Shown here: one piece after another, positions 1 through 9,732 of the stretch
Layout of the letters: every line of letters starts with the position of its first letter
How positions within the stretch are numbered: position 1 is the stretch's first letter
Assembly: GCA_039588295.1 (NCBI GenBank)
Contig: JBDHAB010000034.1
Location: forward strand, 1-48,207
Origin: Gemmatimonadota bacterium
GTDB lineage: Bacteria; Gemmatimonadota; Gemmatimonadetes; Gemmatimonadales; GWC2-71-9
Direction: 5' to 3'
Length of the DNA: 48,207 nt
Position numbers and translations under genes: made by a program
Notes under the pieces: model-generated
The model's database searches: none
What the model saw: the letters and a program-made list of their open reading frames with translations, nothing else
Told to the model about the DNA's origin: nothing

Positions 1-1578
1 CTCGTTCTCCAGCCACACCGTCTCTACCGTCTTCCCAGACGCGGTGACGATGCCGATCTGCACCGGCGTCCGGTAGATGGGGACCCCGTGATCCCGGTCT
101 TGCACCTGCGCCACTCGTAGTTGAATCTGTCCGTCGCCGGCGTCCCAGCTCGAGCTGATCTCGAAGCCTGGGTGCCCCGGACTGAAGATGTACTGCTCGA
201 AGAACCAGTCCATGTTCTGGCCAGTCACTTCGTTCACGGTCCTCATGAAGTCGTAGGTGTCTACCGGCTCAAAGGCATACTCATCCAGAAACGCACCGAG
301 GGCTCGGAAGAAGGACTCGTCGCCGAGGATGAAACGGAGCTGGTGCAGAATGCAGGCACCCTTCGGGTACGTGTGGGAATCGAAGTTGTCGTGTGGTCTC
401 TCGTATCGGTTGAATACGATAGGCCGCACGTAGCGCGCATGGGCTTCGCGTAGGTACGCGTTCTTCTTGCCCAACAGCGCCCAAGCGCCTTCGTCTTCGC
501 CGCTCTCGTGACGGGTCCAGAGGTAGTCAGAGTACGTGCCGAAGCTCTCGTTCAGCCAGGCGTGAGACCACTCGCGCAGAGTTATCAGATCGCCCCACCA
601 CTGGTGCGCAATCTCGTGCGCTATCACCCGCTCCCACGAGAAGTCCTGCTCAGCACGCCGGTCGTGGATGACACCGTCGCCGAGGATGGTGGCCGACGTT
701 GCCTCGGCTCCTCCCCCGACGTGTGGGGTCGTGACCTGGTCGTACTTAGCCCAGGGGTAGGGGTAGTCGAATAGGTCGGCGTAGAACGCGATCATGCGCG
801 GCGTCTTGGCAAAGATCCAGCGCGCATCCTCGGCATCCTCCGGGTAGACCCAGTAGTTGACCGGCAGACTACCGAGCGAGTCCTCGATGACCGTGAATGG
901 TCCGATCGCCAGCATGAAGAGGTAGGTCGCATGAGGTTGCTCCTGCGACCAGTGCCAGGTTGTGGTTCCTGCCCCCTCGTCTTCCATGACGTCGACCAAT
1001 CGTCCGTTGGAGAGGACCCTGTTGCCTTCGGGCGCGGTGACGATGAGTTCGTGGGTCACCTTGTCGTTTGGGTAGTCGTACGAGGGGATCCAGTGGTGCG
1101 CTTCATCGGGCCAGGAATCGGTGGAGACCATCTGGGGGTGATCGTCACTCGCATCGTCGAAGAAGAGCCCTTCCTGCGGGTTGTCGCCCCGGAAGGCCAC
1201 CGTGACGGTGATTGTATCGCCGTACGAGAGCGCCTGTGGGAACGTAATGACGACGCTCGTGTCACCCTGCACGTTGAGGAGCTCCTGTCCCGCTTCGTCC
1301 ACGGCGTCCGTGATGATGATCTCCTCCGCATCCAGAACGCAGTGATCGATTCCGTCGGTGAGCGGGGTCAGGGTGATCTCGTTCTCACCCCAAAAGACCT
1401 TGGCATCGAGATCGAAGGTCAGACTGACCCGATAGTGAATGAAGTCGAGACTGCGGCTCCGCTCGACCTGGACTGGCCGATTCCAGACATCGACTTGCTG
1501 GGCCGAAGGGGGGGAGAAGCAGGATAGGGAAAGGGCAGCAGCCAGCCAGGGAGCGCGTCGGACGAGGGGACCGACCAT
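1..1578 (-). CDS. M1 family aminopeptidase (aminopeptidase N-like), 3' end runs off the window
   Basis: Not in the ORF track because it is open-ended. Manual translation from ATG at 1578 gives MVGPLVRRAPWLAAALSLSC... with a signal-like N-terminus, a GGAEA exopeptidase-motif variant, HEIAH...WLNESF zincin motif and YPKGA. GGAGG lies upstream, within the end of the previous gene. Confidence 0.9.
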   Translation of the reverse strand, partial: MVGPLVRRAPWLAAALSLSCFSPPSAQQVDVWNRPVQVERSRSLDFIHYRVSLTFDLDAKVFWGENEITLTPLTDGIDHCVLDAEEIIITDAVDEAGQELLNVQGDTSVVITFPQALSYGDTITVTVAFRGDNPQEGLFFDDASDDHPQMVSTDSWPDEAHHWIPSYDYPNDKVTHELIVTAPEGNRVLSNGRLVDVMEDEGAGTTTWHWSQEQPHATYLFMLAIGPFTVIEDSLGSLPVNYWVYPEDAEDARWIFAKTPRMIAFYADLFDYPYPWAKYDQVTTPHVGGGAEATSATILGDGVIHDRRAEQDFSWERVIAHEIAHQWWGDLITLREWSHAWLNESFGTYSDYLWTRHESGEDEGAWALLGKKNAYLREAHARYVRPIVFNRYERPHDNFDSHTYPKGACILHQLRFILGDESFFRALGAFLDEYAFEPVDTYDFMRTVNEVTGQNMDWFFEQYIFSPGHPGFEISSSWDAGDGQIQLRVAQVQDRDHGVPIYRTPVQIGIVTASGKTVETVWLENE

Positions 1579-1581
1579 TGC

Positions 1582-3027
1582 TCACCTCCCTATCTTCTGC
1601 AGGAGGCCGGGCTCACGCATGAAGGTCTCGATCTCCTCCACCGTGCGGGGAAGTCCGGTCGAGAGGTTCTCGTATCCGTCCTCGGTGATCACCACGGTAT
1701 CCTCGATCCGGATCCCCAAGGTCTCGGTCTGGGGCATGTTGATGTCACAGGCGAAGACGAAACCGGGTTCGAGCGGTTCGTCCGGGCCGGTGATCGACGC
1801 CATCACGTCGTGCGTCGCCATCCCGATCGGGTGGTTGTAGCAGCCCCACCTGATGAGCCCGCGAAATCGGCGCTCAGTGTCGTCGTACCCATTCCCGACG
1901 AGCCACTCCCGCACCTTCTCGCCTACCTCCTGGAACGTGGTCCCGGCACGGTAGTTGTCGAGGCAGACCTGCCGGATGCCGAGGCCCAGCTCATAGAGTC
2001 CTCGTTGCTCGGGCGTGAACCTGCCGTTGGCTGGGAACGTGGTGGAGATGTCGGCGTTGTAGTACGCGTAATCGGGGCCGGCGTCGAGGATGAGGAAGTC
2101 GCCATCCTCGAGGGTGTGATCGTGTCGGTGATAGTGTCCCCAGGGATGGTGTTCGCCCGCCATGATGATGGTCTCGTACGCCAGCTCCTGGGCACCCTCT
2201 CGTCTGCTGACGAACTCGAAGAGCGCGGCCAGAGCTCGCTCCGGCATCCCGACCTTGGTAGAACGCATGAGCTGGAGATGGGCCTCGACTCCGATCCGGG
2301 CCGCTTCCCGGACGAGCGTCACCTCTGCCGGCGACTTGACCTTCCGCAACACTTGGATCGTGCGGAAGCAGTCCCGCACTTCGACGCCGGGATAACGCTG
2401 CTCCAGACGCTCGACCAGCCGCAGCTCCCGGGTCTGGCGGCCGTCCATGGGATTCTCCGTTACCGTCCGTCGAAAGGTCCCGTACACTTCGTTGGTATTC
2501 ATGCGGTGAAGTTCTTCCGGACGCTGGGAGAGATAGAAGACGCCGACCCGCCGACCGACGTCCGCCAAGAAGGCGTCCATGTCCTCGACCGGTAGAGCCT
2601 GTTCGATCCCCGTGTACGCCGTCGGGTCCAGGGCAAGCTCCGCAGGAATTCCCTGCCCCCGCGCGTCATGCTCATCGAGGGTAAGGAAGAGGGTGCTCAC
2701 CCGGTTGACACCGTCAATCACGAGCCAAGCATTCGGCGCCTCGACCCCGGTGAAGTAGAGAAAGTCGTTGCTCTGGAAGAACTGATAGTCTGCGATTGGA
2801 GAGGTGGCCCCTGGGATGATGGCAGCCCCGTCGGGGATCTCATCCATCAACCTCGCCCTGCGCGATGCATACTCGGCGTTGTCGATCAGACTCCCGGGGA
2901 GAACGAAGGACACTTCCTGGTGCGGCGAGGCGCTGGGAGAACATCCCGCGATCAGAGGAAGTAGAACGGGCAACAACAGCACGGCAGGCATCGGGGACAG
3001 CGGGGGTCGTGTTCGGTGGAAGCTCAT
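1582..3027 (-). CDS. Xaa-Pro aminopeptidase family (M24B) peptidase, probable lipoprotein
   Basis: AMP_N-like FFQSNDFLYFTG, LRKVKSPAEV, ILDAG...NADIS, HPIGMATHDV and GIRIEDTV. The N-terminus has an LIAGC lipobox. Confidence 0.88.
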   Translation of the reverse strand: MSFHRTRPPLSPMPAVLLLPVLLPLIAGCSPSASPHQEVSFVLPGSLIDNAEYASRRARLMDEIPDGAAIIPGATSPIADYQFFQSNDFLYFTGVEAPNAWLVIDGVNRVSTLFLTLDEHDARGQGIPAELALDPTAYTGIEQALPVEDMDAFLADVGRRVGVFYLSQRPEELHRMNTNEVYGTFRRTVTENPMDGRQTRELRLVERLEQRYPGVEVRDCFRTIQVLRKVKSPAEVTLVREAARIGVEAHLQLMRSTKVGMPERALAALFEFVSRREGAQELAYETIIMAGEHHPWGHYHRHDHTLEDGDFLILDAGPDYAYYNADISTTFPANGRFTPEQRGLYELGLGIRQVCLDNYRAGTTFQEVGEKVREWLVGNGYDDTERRFRGLIRWGCYNHPIGMATHDVMASITGPDEPLEPGFVFACDINMPQTETLGIRIEDTVVITEDGYENLSTGLPRTVEEIETFMREPGLLQKIGR

Positions 3028-3050
3028 GCCTCACCTCTTTCTCTGAGACA

Positions 3051-3250
3051 TCATCCCAACAGCAGGAACAGTGCGTGGCCGAAAACGCCGGCGCAGAAGC
3101 TACCGACGAAATGGGTGGCGATAGCCACGTTGGTCAGGCCGCGTTCCCTGATTCCGTCCATCATTCCCACATGGGTGCTCAGGAAGCCGGCATTGCAGAT
3201 ACCGATGGCAGTGAAGACGCAGATCTCTCTGGCCCTGTACCCCTCGACAT
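3051..3250 (-). pseudogene. C-terminal remnant of a membrane protein (resembles CD0519/CD1768-type gate-domain proteins)
   Basis: Manual translation gives ...EICVFTAIGICNAGFLSTHVGMMDGIRERGLTNVAIATHFVGSFCAGVFGHALFLLLG* (TGA at 3051-3053). There is no start codon upstream of this segment before galM. The family assignment is from memory. Confidence 0.55.
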
Positions 3251-3270
3251 GTAACGCATTCGATCCGCTG

Positions 3271-4404
3271 TTACGGCGGCGTGGTCGAAAAGCGAAACAC
3301 CGTGCGGGAGCGATACACGTCGTCGGGGCGCACGATGGTCGAGGGGAACTCCGGCTGGTTCGGCGAGTCCGGGAAGTGCTGGGTCTCCAAGCAGAAGCCG
3401 AAGCGGTGTCCGTAAACGTGGCCGTTCTTACCGGTGGTCGACCCGTCGAGGAAATTGCCCGAATAGAACTGTAGGCCGGGCTCGGTCGTGTAGATCTCCA
3501 GCACGCGACCGCTCGTCGGCTCCGAGAGGCGCGCGGCTCGCATCAGTCCATCGCCGTCGCGGGCCAACACGAAGTTATGATCGTACCCACCGCCGAAGCG
3601 CAGTTGTTCGTTTTCGGTGTCGATGCGCGTGCCGATCGGCGTCGCGGCGGTGAAGTCAAAGGGTGTGCCCGCCACCGCGGCAAGTGTGCCCGTGGGGATG
3701 AGCATGCTGTCGACCGGCGTGTACCGCTCCGCATCGATGGTAAGCACGTGATCGAGGACGTCGCGCCGGGCGTCGCCGGTCAGGTTGAAGTAGGTGTGCT
3801 GCGACAGATTGACCGGCGTGGGGCGATCCGTGGTGGCGACATAGTCCACCACGAGTGCGTCGTCGGGTGTCAGCGTATAGGTCACCTGCACCGCGAGGGT
3901 GCCCGGATACCCTTCATCGCCATCCGGGCTCGTGTGCGTGAACGTCACGCCCGCGCCGCTGTCGGTCGCGAACGCCTCCGCCGACCACACCACCTCGTCG
4001 AAGCCCCGCACGCCGCCGTGGAGATGATTCGGGCCGTTATTCCGGGCGAGCTCGTACGTCTCGCTGTCAAGGGAGAACCGGCCCCGTGCGATCCGGTTGG
4101 CGTAGCGTCCGACGACGGCGCCGAAGTATGAGGCATCTTCCAGGTAGCCAGCCAAGTCGTCGAATCCCAGCACGATGTCGCCCAGCACACCGTTGCGGTC
4201 GGGTACGCGGATCGAGACGATGGTGGCGCCGTAGGTGATCGCCTGCAGCTCGACGCCACCGGGGTTGGTCAAAGTGTACAGGTCTACTGTCTGACCGTAC
4301 GGCATCTCTCCGAACAGTCGCTGTGACACGACGCCTCCCGTCCCGGCAGTGTCGCACCCCCAAAGGAGCGCGAGGGCGAGGCAGACAGTCGTCATGCGCG
4401 TCAT
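3271..4404 (-). CDS. galM: Aldose 1-epimerase (galactose mutarotase) with lipoprotein-like signal
   Basis: Motifs GRYANRI, NHLHGG, GYPG, NLSQHTYFNL, GYDHNF, QFYSGNFL and CLETQHFPD. N-terminal LWGC. Confidence 0.95.
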   Translation of the reverse strand: MTRMTTVCLALALLWGCDTAGTGGVVSQRLFGEMPYGQTVDLYTLTNPGGVELQAITYGATIVSIRVPDRNGVLGDIVLGFDDLAGYLEDASYFGAVVGRYANRIARGRFSLDSETYELARNNGPNHLHGGVRGFDEVVWSAEAFATDSGAGVTFTHTSPDGDEGYPGTLAVQVTYTLTPDDALVVDYVATTDRPTPVNLSQHTYFNLTGDARRDVLDHVLTIDAERYTPVDSMLIPTGTLAAVAGTPFDFTAATPIGTRIDTENEQLRFGGGYDHNFVLARDGDGLMRAARLSEPTSGRVLEIYTTEPGLQFYSGNFLDGSTTGKNGHVYGHRFGFCLETQHFPDSPNQPEFPSTIVRPDDVYRSRTVFRFSTTPP

Positions 4405-6929
4405 GACTCGCGCTCCAAGATCATGATTTCCGTCACCCCGGTGAAGGTACCTCGTGCGTGTTCGAACGTCACGCGGACCCTCTCGGCCACGGTCGGGTCC
4501 AGACGAATCCGGTTCAGCGTCGACGCGGTCGGGGTCTCAGGGTACCGGTCCCGCTCTCGAGCCTCGACCCACCGGCTCCCGTCCCACAGCTCGACGGCGA
4601 ACGACCTGGGCGGAGCGATCCCGCGTCCGTCGGCATACAGATAGAGGTCGATGCGCGAGACGGTTCTGCGGGTGCCCAAGTCGAGTTCGATCCAGTCACG
4701 CGCATTGGGGGACTGAAACGCCGTCCACCGGTTGCGGGAGTAGCGCGTGAACGCGATCTGCATGTCGTTCAGGTGCTCGACGCTGTCGGTTTGCCAGGTG
4801 TACGATGCCGACGCGCGGACGGCGTCTCCGAAGGCGACGTTGAGCGACGGCCGGGTGCTTGGTGCAAGCGGCAGGTCAGCGTCACCCCACGTCTCGAGTT
4901 CGCTCACCCCCGACGATGCGTCCGGTTGATGGGTCACCATGAGGCGGATCTTGGCGGTGCGGAGTTCCGGGAACGTGATCACGTTGGCACGGCGACCGGC
5001 CGGACCAGCCGGCGTTCTGGTCTGATCGGGGACGGGCTGCCAGACACGTCCGTCCCAGTGCTCGATCTCGTACGACGCCGGCCTCCGGACCCGCGCGCCG
5101 TCGTCGTAGAAGTAGGCCTTCACCTCTGTGATCGGTCGCGGCGTGCCGAAGTCGATCGCGAGCCAATCGGCGTCGTTGCCCGACCCGGCGGCGGTCCAGC
5201 GGTTGGGGGGCGATTCGTGATACCAGTAGTTGCCGTCCACCGCATAGTGTGGTGGAGTTGCCGGGTCACTGGCGGAGGCGGTGACCCACGGGTAGGCCGC
5301 GCCCCCATTGTTGACCGCGAAGTTGATCGGCCGATTGATGCCGTCCGGAGCGATCGGGGGCGCGATCGGCGCCACGATCCGTTGCACGCTCGGGGCGTTG
5401 GCAATGGCGCGACCGTTCACGAACACCGTGAGGCCGGGACCCCGCCCGTACCGGGTACCGTCCTGATCCCATACAATCGAGAGCTCGTGGCCATGGTACG
5501 CCACCCCGTCCAGCGCGAAATAATGCCACTGGTCCGGCACCAGAGGGTTCACTTCGACCGAGTCGTCGGCGCGCGGGCGCAGGCCGACGAGCCCGGTAAT
5601 GATCAGGTCTACGTAGGCCGAGTGGAAGTAGTGCTCGCTGTGGTAGAACGTGTTGTGCCCGTCCCACGAGCCGTCGTCGGGGTTGGCGGCCTCCGCGACA
5701 TACGGTCGGCCGTCCGTACGCTGGTCGAGCGTGTAGGTCTCGAGTAGACGGTAGTAGTCCTCTTTGGTGACAACGGATTGGTCGTAGTTGTTCAGCAAGT
5801 TGGCGAAGGCCACGAGCGTCTGCGTGGTGGCGTACGGCCATTGGTTGCCGCTCCAGACGCAACACCGGGGCGAGACGAAGAACTGGGGATCGTTGCGCTC
5901 CACCGTCGTCGGGCCGAACGGCGCGAAGAAACCCTCGGGATCCATGAGGAACCGCCACGCCGACTCATGTCCTGCATCCGGCAGGTTGAACTGCCACGGC
6001 ACATAGCCGATCAATTCCCGGCCGTATGGGCTGCCGGCATGCACCCCCGTCTCATAGGTCAGGCTCTTCGCGCGAATCCCGTTAATCTCGTCGTTCGCAA
6101 ACTGGTGGAAAAAGAACTCGCGCTCGGGATCCCAGAGTTCGTCCTGGACACGTTGCTTGAGCTCCGCCGCCCGCGCCGCGAACAGCTCTGCCTTCGCCTC
6201 GTCTCCCAGCAAACGGGCGCTGTTGGCGATCGCCAGGGCATCCGCGAAGAGATAACTGTTGAGTGTAGGGCGGTACCCTTCCGCGCCGGCGAACGTGTCT
6301 TCGGTGAGACGACTGTTGATGTTGGTCTCCATGCCATCGTGCATGCCGTCCCACCGGAACATCCGATGCTCGGCGTCCCAGTGCTCGTCGGTCCATCCCT
6401 GGTATTGCCGCTCCATGTGGGGGAGAACCGTTTCGAGAAACCGCGGGTCGCCCAGCACCAGGTAGGTCGCCCACATCGCGTCGCCGTACCAGTTGCTGTA
6501 GCTGCGCGGCTCCGCACCGGCGGTCTCGAACCAGTAGCGCGCGAAGTCCTCGATGATGCGCCGGTTCTTGAGCCACCGAACCTCGTAGAACTGGTGTCCC
6601 AGCGGGCAGCTAATGCCGCCGAAAGCCCCAGACCAGAACGGTCGATCGATGAACTCGGTAAAGGTGTAACCGGTGGCTGGTGACCCGTAGGTCAGGTGCT
6701 TGGTCACGACCTCCCAACGGTAGTAGTAGGTCGCGTCGAACTCAGAATTCGGCGATTCGAAGAACGGGACCGCGGCCTTGTACCAATCCCAGTCACGGTT
6801 GTCCCACCAGGTTTGGCGCGCGAGCACCGCGTCCCGGTCGAGCAGCGGCATGTCGATGCATGCGGCGGTGAGCAGGGCGGAGGCGAAGACCGCGCATGCG
6901 CGAGCGCGCGTCGTCCGGCATCGCGTCAC
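4401..6929 (-). CDS. Glycoside hydrolase with MGH1/GH63-like (alpha/alpha)6 domain plus two F5/8-type (discoidin/CBM32-like) domains
   Basis: Motifs YYYRW, DGME, YRPTLNSY, RELIGYVPW, WSGNQWPYAT and YFHS, then two WxxxDFG/LG...EIE-type discoidin repeats. The start is re-assigned to GTG at 6929 (signal ending LTAAC) because the longer ORF overlaps the divergent gene. Confidence 0.8.
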   Translation of the reverse strand: MTRCRTTRARACAVFASALLTAACIDMPLLDRDAVLARQTWWDNRDWDWYKAAVPFFESPNSEFDATYYYRWEVVTKHLTYGSPATGYTFTEFIDRPFWSGAFGGISCPLGHQFYEVRWLKNRRIIEDFARYWFETAGAEPRSYSNWYGDAMWATYLVLGDPRFLETVLPHMERQYQGWTDEHWDAEHRMFRWDGMHDGMETNINSRLTEDTFAGAEGYRPTLNSYLFADALAIANSARLLGDEAKAELFAARAAELKQRVQDELWDPEREFFFHQFANDEINGIRAKSLTYETGVHAGSPYGRELIGYVPWQFNLPDAGHESAWRFLMDPEGFFAPFGPTTVERNDPQFFVSPRCCVWSGNQWPYATTQTLVAFANLLNNYDQSVVTKEDYYRLLETYTLDQRTDGRPYVAEAANPDDGSWDGHNTFYHSEHYFHSAYVDLIITGLVGLRPRADDSVEVNPLVPDQWHYFALDGVAYHGHELSIVWDQDGTRYGRGPGLTVFVNGRAIANAPSVQRIVAPIAPPIAPDGINRPINFAVNNGGAAYPWVTASASDPATPPHYAVDGNYWYHESPPNRWTAAGSGNDADWLAIDFGTPRPITEVKAYFYDDGARVRRPASYEIEHWDGRVWQPVPDQTRTPAGPAGRRANVITFPELRTAKIRLMVTHQPDASSGVSELETWGDADLPLAPSTRPSLNVAFGDAVRASASYTWQTDSVEHLNDMQIAFTRYSRNRWTAFQSPNARDWIELDLGTRRTVSRIDLYLYADGRGIAPPRSFAVELWDGSRWVEARERDRYPETPTASTLNRIRLDPTVAERVRVTFEHARGTFTGVTEIMILERES

Positions 6930-7004
6930 CGCCGCCTGCCGCAGTCGGCGCTGGACACCGCGAGGAGCGAACGAAATATTCCGAGTCAAGCTCCGGAGGA
7001 TGTG

Positions 7005-9557
7005 ATGGCCGTATTCAGCGTAGCCGTATCTGCGATCCTGTTGCTGGTCGTCGCGGCGCCCGCTCCCGATTCGGTCGCGGCGCTCGCGGTCGCGAAGTTC
7101 CCCATTGAGCCGTCGCCGCTCGCGATCCGCGCGGACGTCCGGCCGCGCCAGTACGTGGGCGCGGTTGGCCGCGCGGCGGCTTGGCTCGGCTCCGAGACCG
7201 GTGAGGCAGAACTCTGGGTGCATCCGTTCAAGCTTGCGAGCGACTTCCAACTGGAGTTCAAGATCCCGGACTATGTCGACCCGCTGCGTGGCTCCAACCT
7301 GGCACGCACTGTGGAGGTCCGTCCGGAACTCACGACCATCACCTACACGCATGCGACATTCACCGTCCGGCAGCATATCTTGGCCCCGCTCGAGGCGCCA
7401 GGCCTCCTCGTGCTCTTGGATGTGGAGACGTTGAGACCGCTGGAGGTGCTCGTCAAGTTCCGCACGGTCTTCCAGTACGCCTGGCCTGGGTCGTTCGGCG
7501 GGCAGTACACCTTCTGGAACGACGACGAGAAGGCATTCGTGCTCTCGGAGAGTCGGCGTGAGCGGAGCGCCGCGATCGGATCGCCGTGGGCAACGACGGC
7601 ATCGTCCCATCCGGCTCACGCACTAGCGGATGCCCCCAACGTGTTCACCATCCCGATCGATACGGCGCGCGCTGCGCGCGAATTCGTGCCGATCGCCATC
7701 GCCGCCGGCACAGTGCCCCGCGACTCCGTCTACGCCCGCTATCACACGCTGATCGCGCAGGCGGAGGAGCTGTATGACGAGCGGCGCGCGCACGTGGATG
7801 CGCTCCTGGCCACCACGGCCTCTTTGGACTCGCCGGACGACGAGCTGGATCGGGCCCTGGCATGGTCCAAGGTGAACCTGGACGAACAGCTGGTCTGCAA
7901 TCCGGATCTGGGCTGTGGGTTGGTGGCGGGGTGGGGGACGTCCGGTGTCAGCACGCGACCCGGGTTCGGTTGGTTCTTCGGCGGAGACGCTGCAATCAAC
8001 ACCTTCGCCATGGACGCCACCGGACAGTGGGATGCCGTGGCGCAAGGCCTGCGGTTTCTCGGCCAGTACCAGCGCGAGGACGGCAAAATCACGCACGAGA
8101 TCTCGCAGGCAGCTGCGAGGATCCCGTGGTTCACGGAGTTTCCGTACGCCTACTACCATGCGGATACCACACCGTACTGGATTGTGGCCGTGTGGCGCTA
8201 CTGGCGGGCGAGCGGCGACGACCAGTTGGTGCGCGATCTGTGGCCTGCCGTCCAGCGCGCGTATGCGTGGTGCCTCACGGTCGAGACCGATGGGGATGGG
8301 ATCATCGAGAACACGACGGGAGGGTTGGGAGCGATCGAGATCGGCTCCATTGGATCGCGCATTCACCAGGATATCTACCTCGCGGCAGTGTGGATCAAGG
8401 CGCTGGAGGGCATGCAGCAGCTGGCAGCGGCCATGCGGGATGACGACCTTGCGAGCGCTGCCGCGGACGTGCATGCGACGGCTCGTTCCACCCTCAACCG
8501 CGCGTACTGGCGCGCCGATGTCGGACACCACGCGTTCGCCATTCTCCAAACGGGTGAAACGAACGATGAACTGACCGTGTGGCCGGCCACTGCGGCCGCG
8601 TTTCAATTGTTCGACCGTGACCGGGGGCGTGCAACGCTCGCGAAGCTGGCTGGCGACGAGATCAGCACTGACTGGGGCGCGCGCATGCTGTCCTCCGCGA
8701 GCCCGCTGTACGATCCCGTGCACTACAACATGGGAGCGGTGTGGCCCTTCGTAACGGGTTTCGTGAGCTGGGGACAATACAACTACCGGCGCCCGTGGGC
8801 GGGCTATCCGCTGATCGACGCGCTCAAGCAAGTCACCTTTGACTGGGCACGTGGGCGCCACCCTGAGCTGCTTTCGGGTCGATTCTATCGGCCGCTCGAC
8901 GAGGCGGTCCCGCACCAGTTCTTCGCCACCTCGATGCTCGTCTCGCCGATCATGAGCGGCATGTTGGGCTGGGATCCAGATGCGCCCCGCGGCCGCGTGC
9001 GCATAGCGCCGCAGTTGCCGCCGCAATGGCCCGGGGCCACGTGGCACAATCTTCGGGTGGGCGCGAGTACGATCGACGTCGAGTTCGTACAAAGCGTCGG
9101 CCGGTTTGCGACGACCCTCACCGCGCGCGGTCCGGCGGTGACCGTGGATCTCGTGGTCCCGATCCCGTCTGGCGCCGAGGACATCCGTGCGGTCGGTGGG
9201 GTCCTCGAACGGCGCAACGGAGAGTACGCAGTAGTGATGAAAGTGAGTGAGCCCGCGGCACTGCTGGAGGTGAGGTGGACCGGAGGGCTTCAGGTGGAAC
9301 CGCCTACCGTGGCGCTGGAGCCCGGGCAGCGAAGTGCCGGCGTCCGCGTGATTGACTTCGGCTTCGGGGACGGGGCGTGGCGCCTCATCGTCGAGGGAGA
9401 ACGGGACACGACGGCCGAGGTTCGGTTACACGGGCAGACTGTCGCGGAGGTGCACGGCGCCCAGGTGATCTCGGCCGCGAGTGGTGTTACCACTCTCGGG
9501 GTCACGTTCCCCGAGGGAACCGGTCGTGTCATACGTGAAGCGGTCATCCGACAGTAG
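7005..9557 (+). CDS. Secreted amylo-alpha-1,6-glucosidase / glycogen-debranching-like (alpha/alpha)6 glycoside hydrolase
   Basis: GGAGGA at 6995-7000 precedes ATG at 7005, followed by a signal peptide. Motifs RPGFGWFFGGD, GKITHE, HADTTP, DGDGIIEN and YNMGAVWPF. Confidence 0.8.
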   Translation: MAVFSVAVSAILLLVVAAPAPDSVAALAVAKFPIEPSPLAIRADVRPRQYVGAVGRAAAWLGSETGEAELWVHPFKLASDFQLEFKIPDYVDPLRGSNLARTVEVRPELTTITYTHATFTVRQHILAPLEAPGLLVLLDVETLRPLEVLVKFRTVFQYAWPGSFGGQYTFWNDDEKAFVLSESRRERSAAIGSPWATTASSHPAHALADAPNVFTIPIDTARAAREFVPIAIAAGTVPRDSVYARYHTLIAQAEELYDERRAHVDALLATTASLDSPDDELDRALAWSKVNLDEQLVCNPDLGCGLVAGWGTSGVSTRPGFGWFFGGDAAINTFAMDATGQWDAVAQGLRFLGQYQREDGKITHEISQAAARIPWFTEFPYAYYHADTTPYWIVAVWRYWRASGDDQLVRDLWPAVQRAYAWCLTVETDGDGIIENTTGGLGAIEIGSIGSRIHQDIYLAAVWIKALEGMQQLAAAMRDDDLASAAADVHATARSTLNRAYWRADVGHHAFAILQTGETNDELTVWPATAAAFQLFDRDRGRATLAKLAGDEISTDWGARMLSSASPLYDPVHYNMGAVWPFVTGFVSWGQYNYRRPWAGYPLIDALKQVTFDWARGRHPELLSGRFYRPLDEAVPHQFFATSMLVSPIMSGMLGWDPDAPRGRVRIAPQLPPQWPGATWHNLRVGASTIDVEFVQSVGRFATTLTARGPAVTVDLVVPIPSGAEDIRAVGGVLERRNGEYAVVMKVSEPAALLEVRWTGGLQVEPPTVALEPGQRSAGVRVIDFGFGDGAWRLIVEGERDTTAEVRLHGQTVAEVHGAQVISAASGVTTLGVTFPEGTGRVIREAVIRQ

Positions 9558-9566
9558 TCCGGATGC

Positions 9567-9690
9567 TTGTGCGCCTTGGGCGCCCGGTTCGACGTCATCG
9601 CGTTCTGCCTCTTCATTGCCTTCGTTATCGGCGTGTCGCTCCATGCGTCGCGCAAGGAGAGCGAGACGCATCTGGCTCACCAGGTGAGGG
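9567..9690 (+). pseudogene. N-terminal stub of a sodium:solute symporter (SSS family)
   Basis: FDVIAFCLFIAFVIGVSLHASRKES matches the first TM helix of sugar SSS transporters. The expected DYFLAGR motif and the remainder are absent, and the frame runs into the 3' end of galK. Confidence 0.55.
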
Positions 9691-9732
9691 GAACCGGCAC
9701 ACGCCGCTGCCCGCTATTCGTCGGATCAAGGG

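Noticed and set aside
6696..7619. Apparent 900-bp antisense overlap between the two glycoside hydrolase ORFs
   Set aside because: Both have better internal starts (GTG 6929 with lipobox; ATG 7005 with GGAGGA), which removes the overlap. The extensions are GC-rich open-frame artefacts.
4458..9092. Long antisense ORFs (429, 301 and 489 aa) and similar shadow ORFs throughout the window
   Set aside because: They mirror well-supported genes on the other strand and have Arg/Val/Gly-rich, motif-free translations typical of high-GC shadows.
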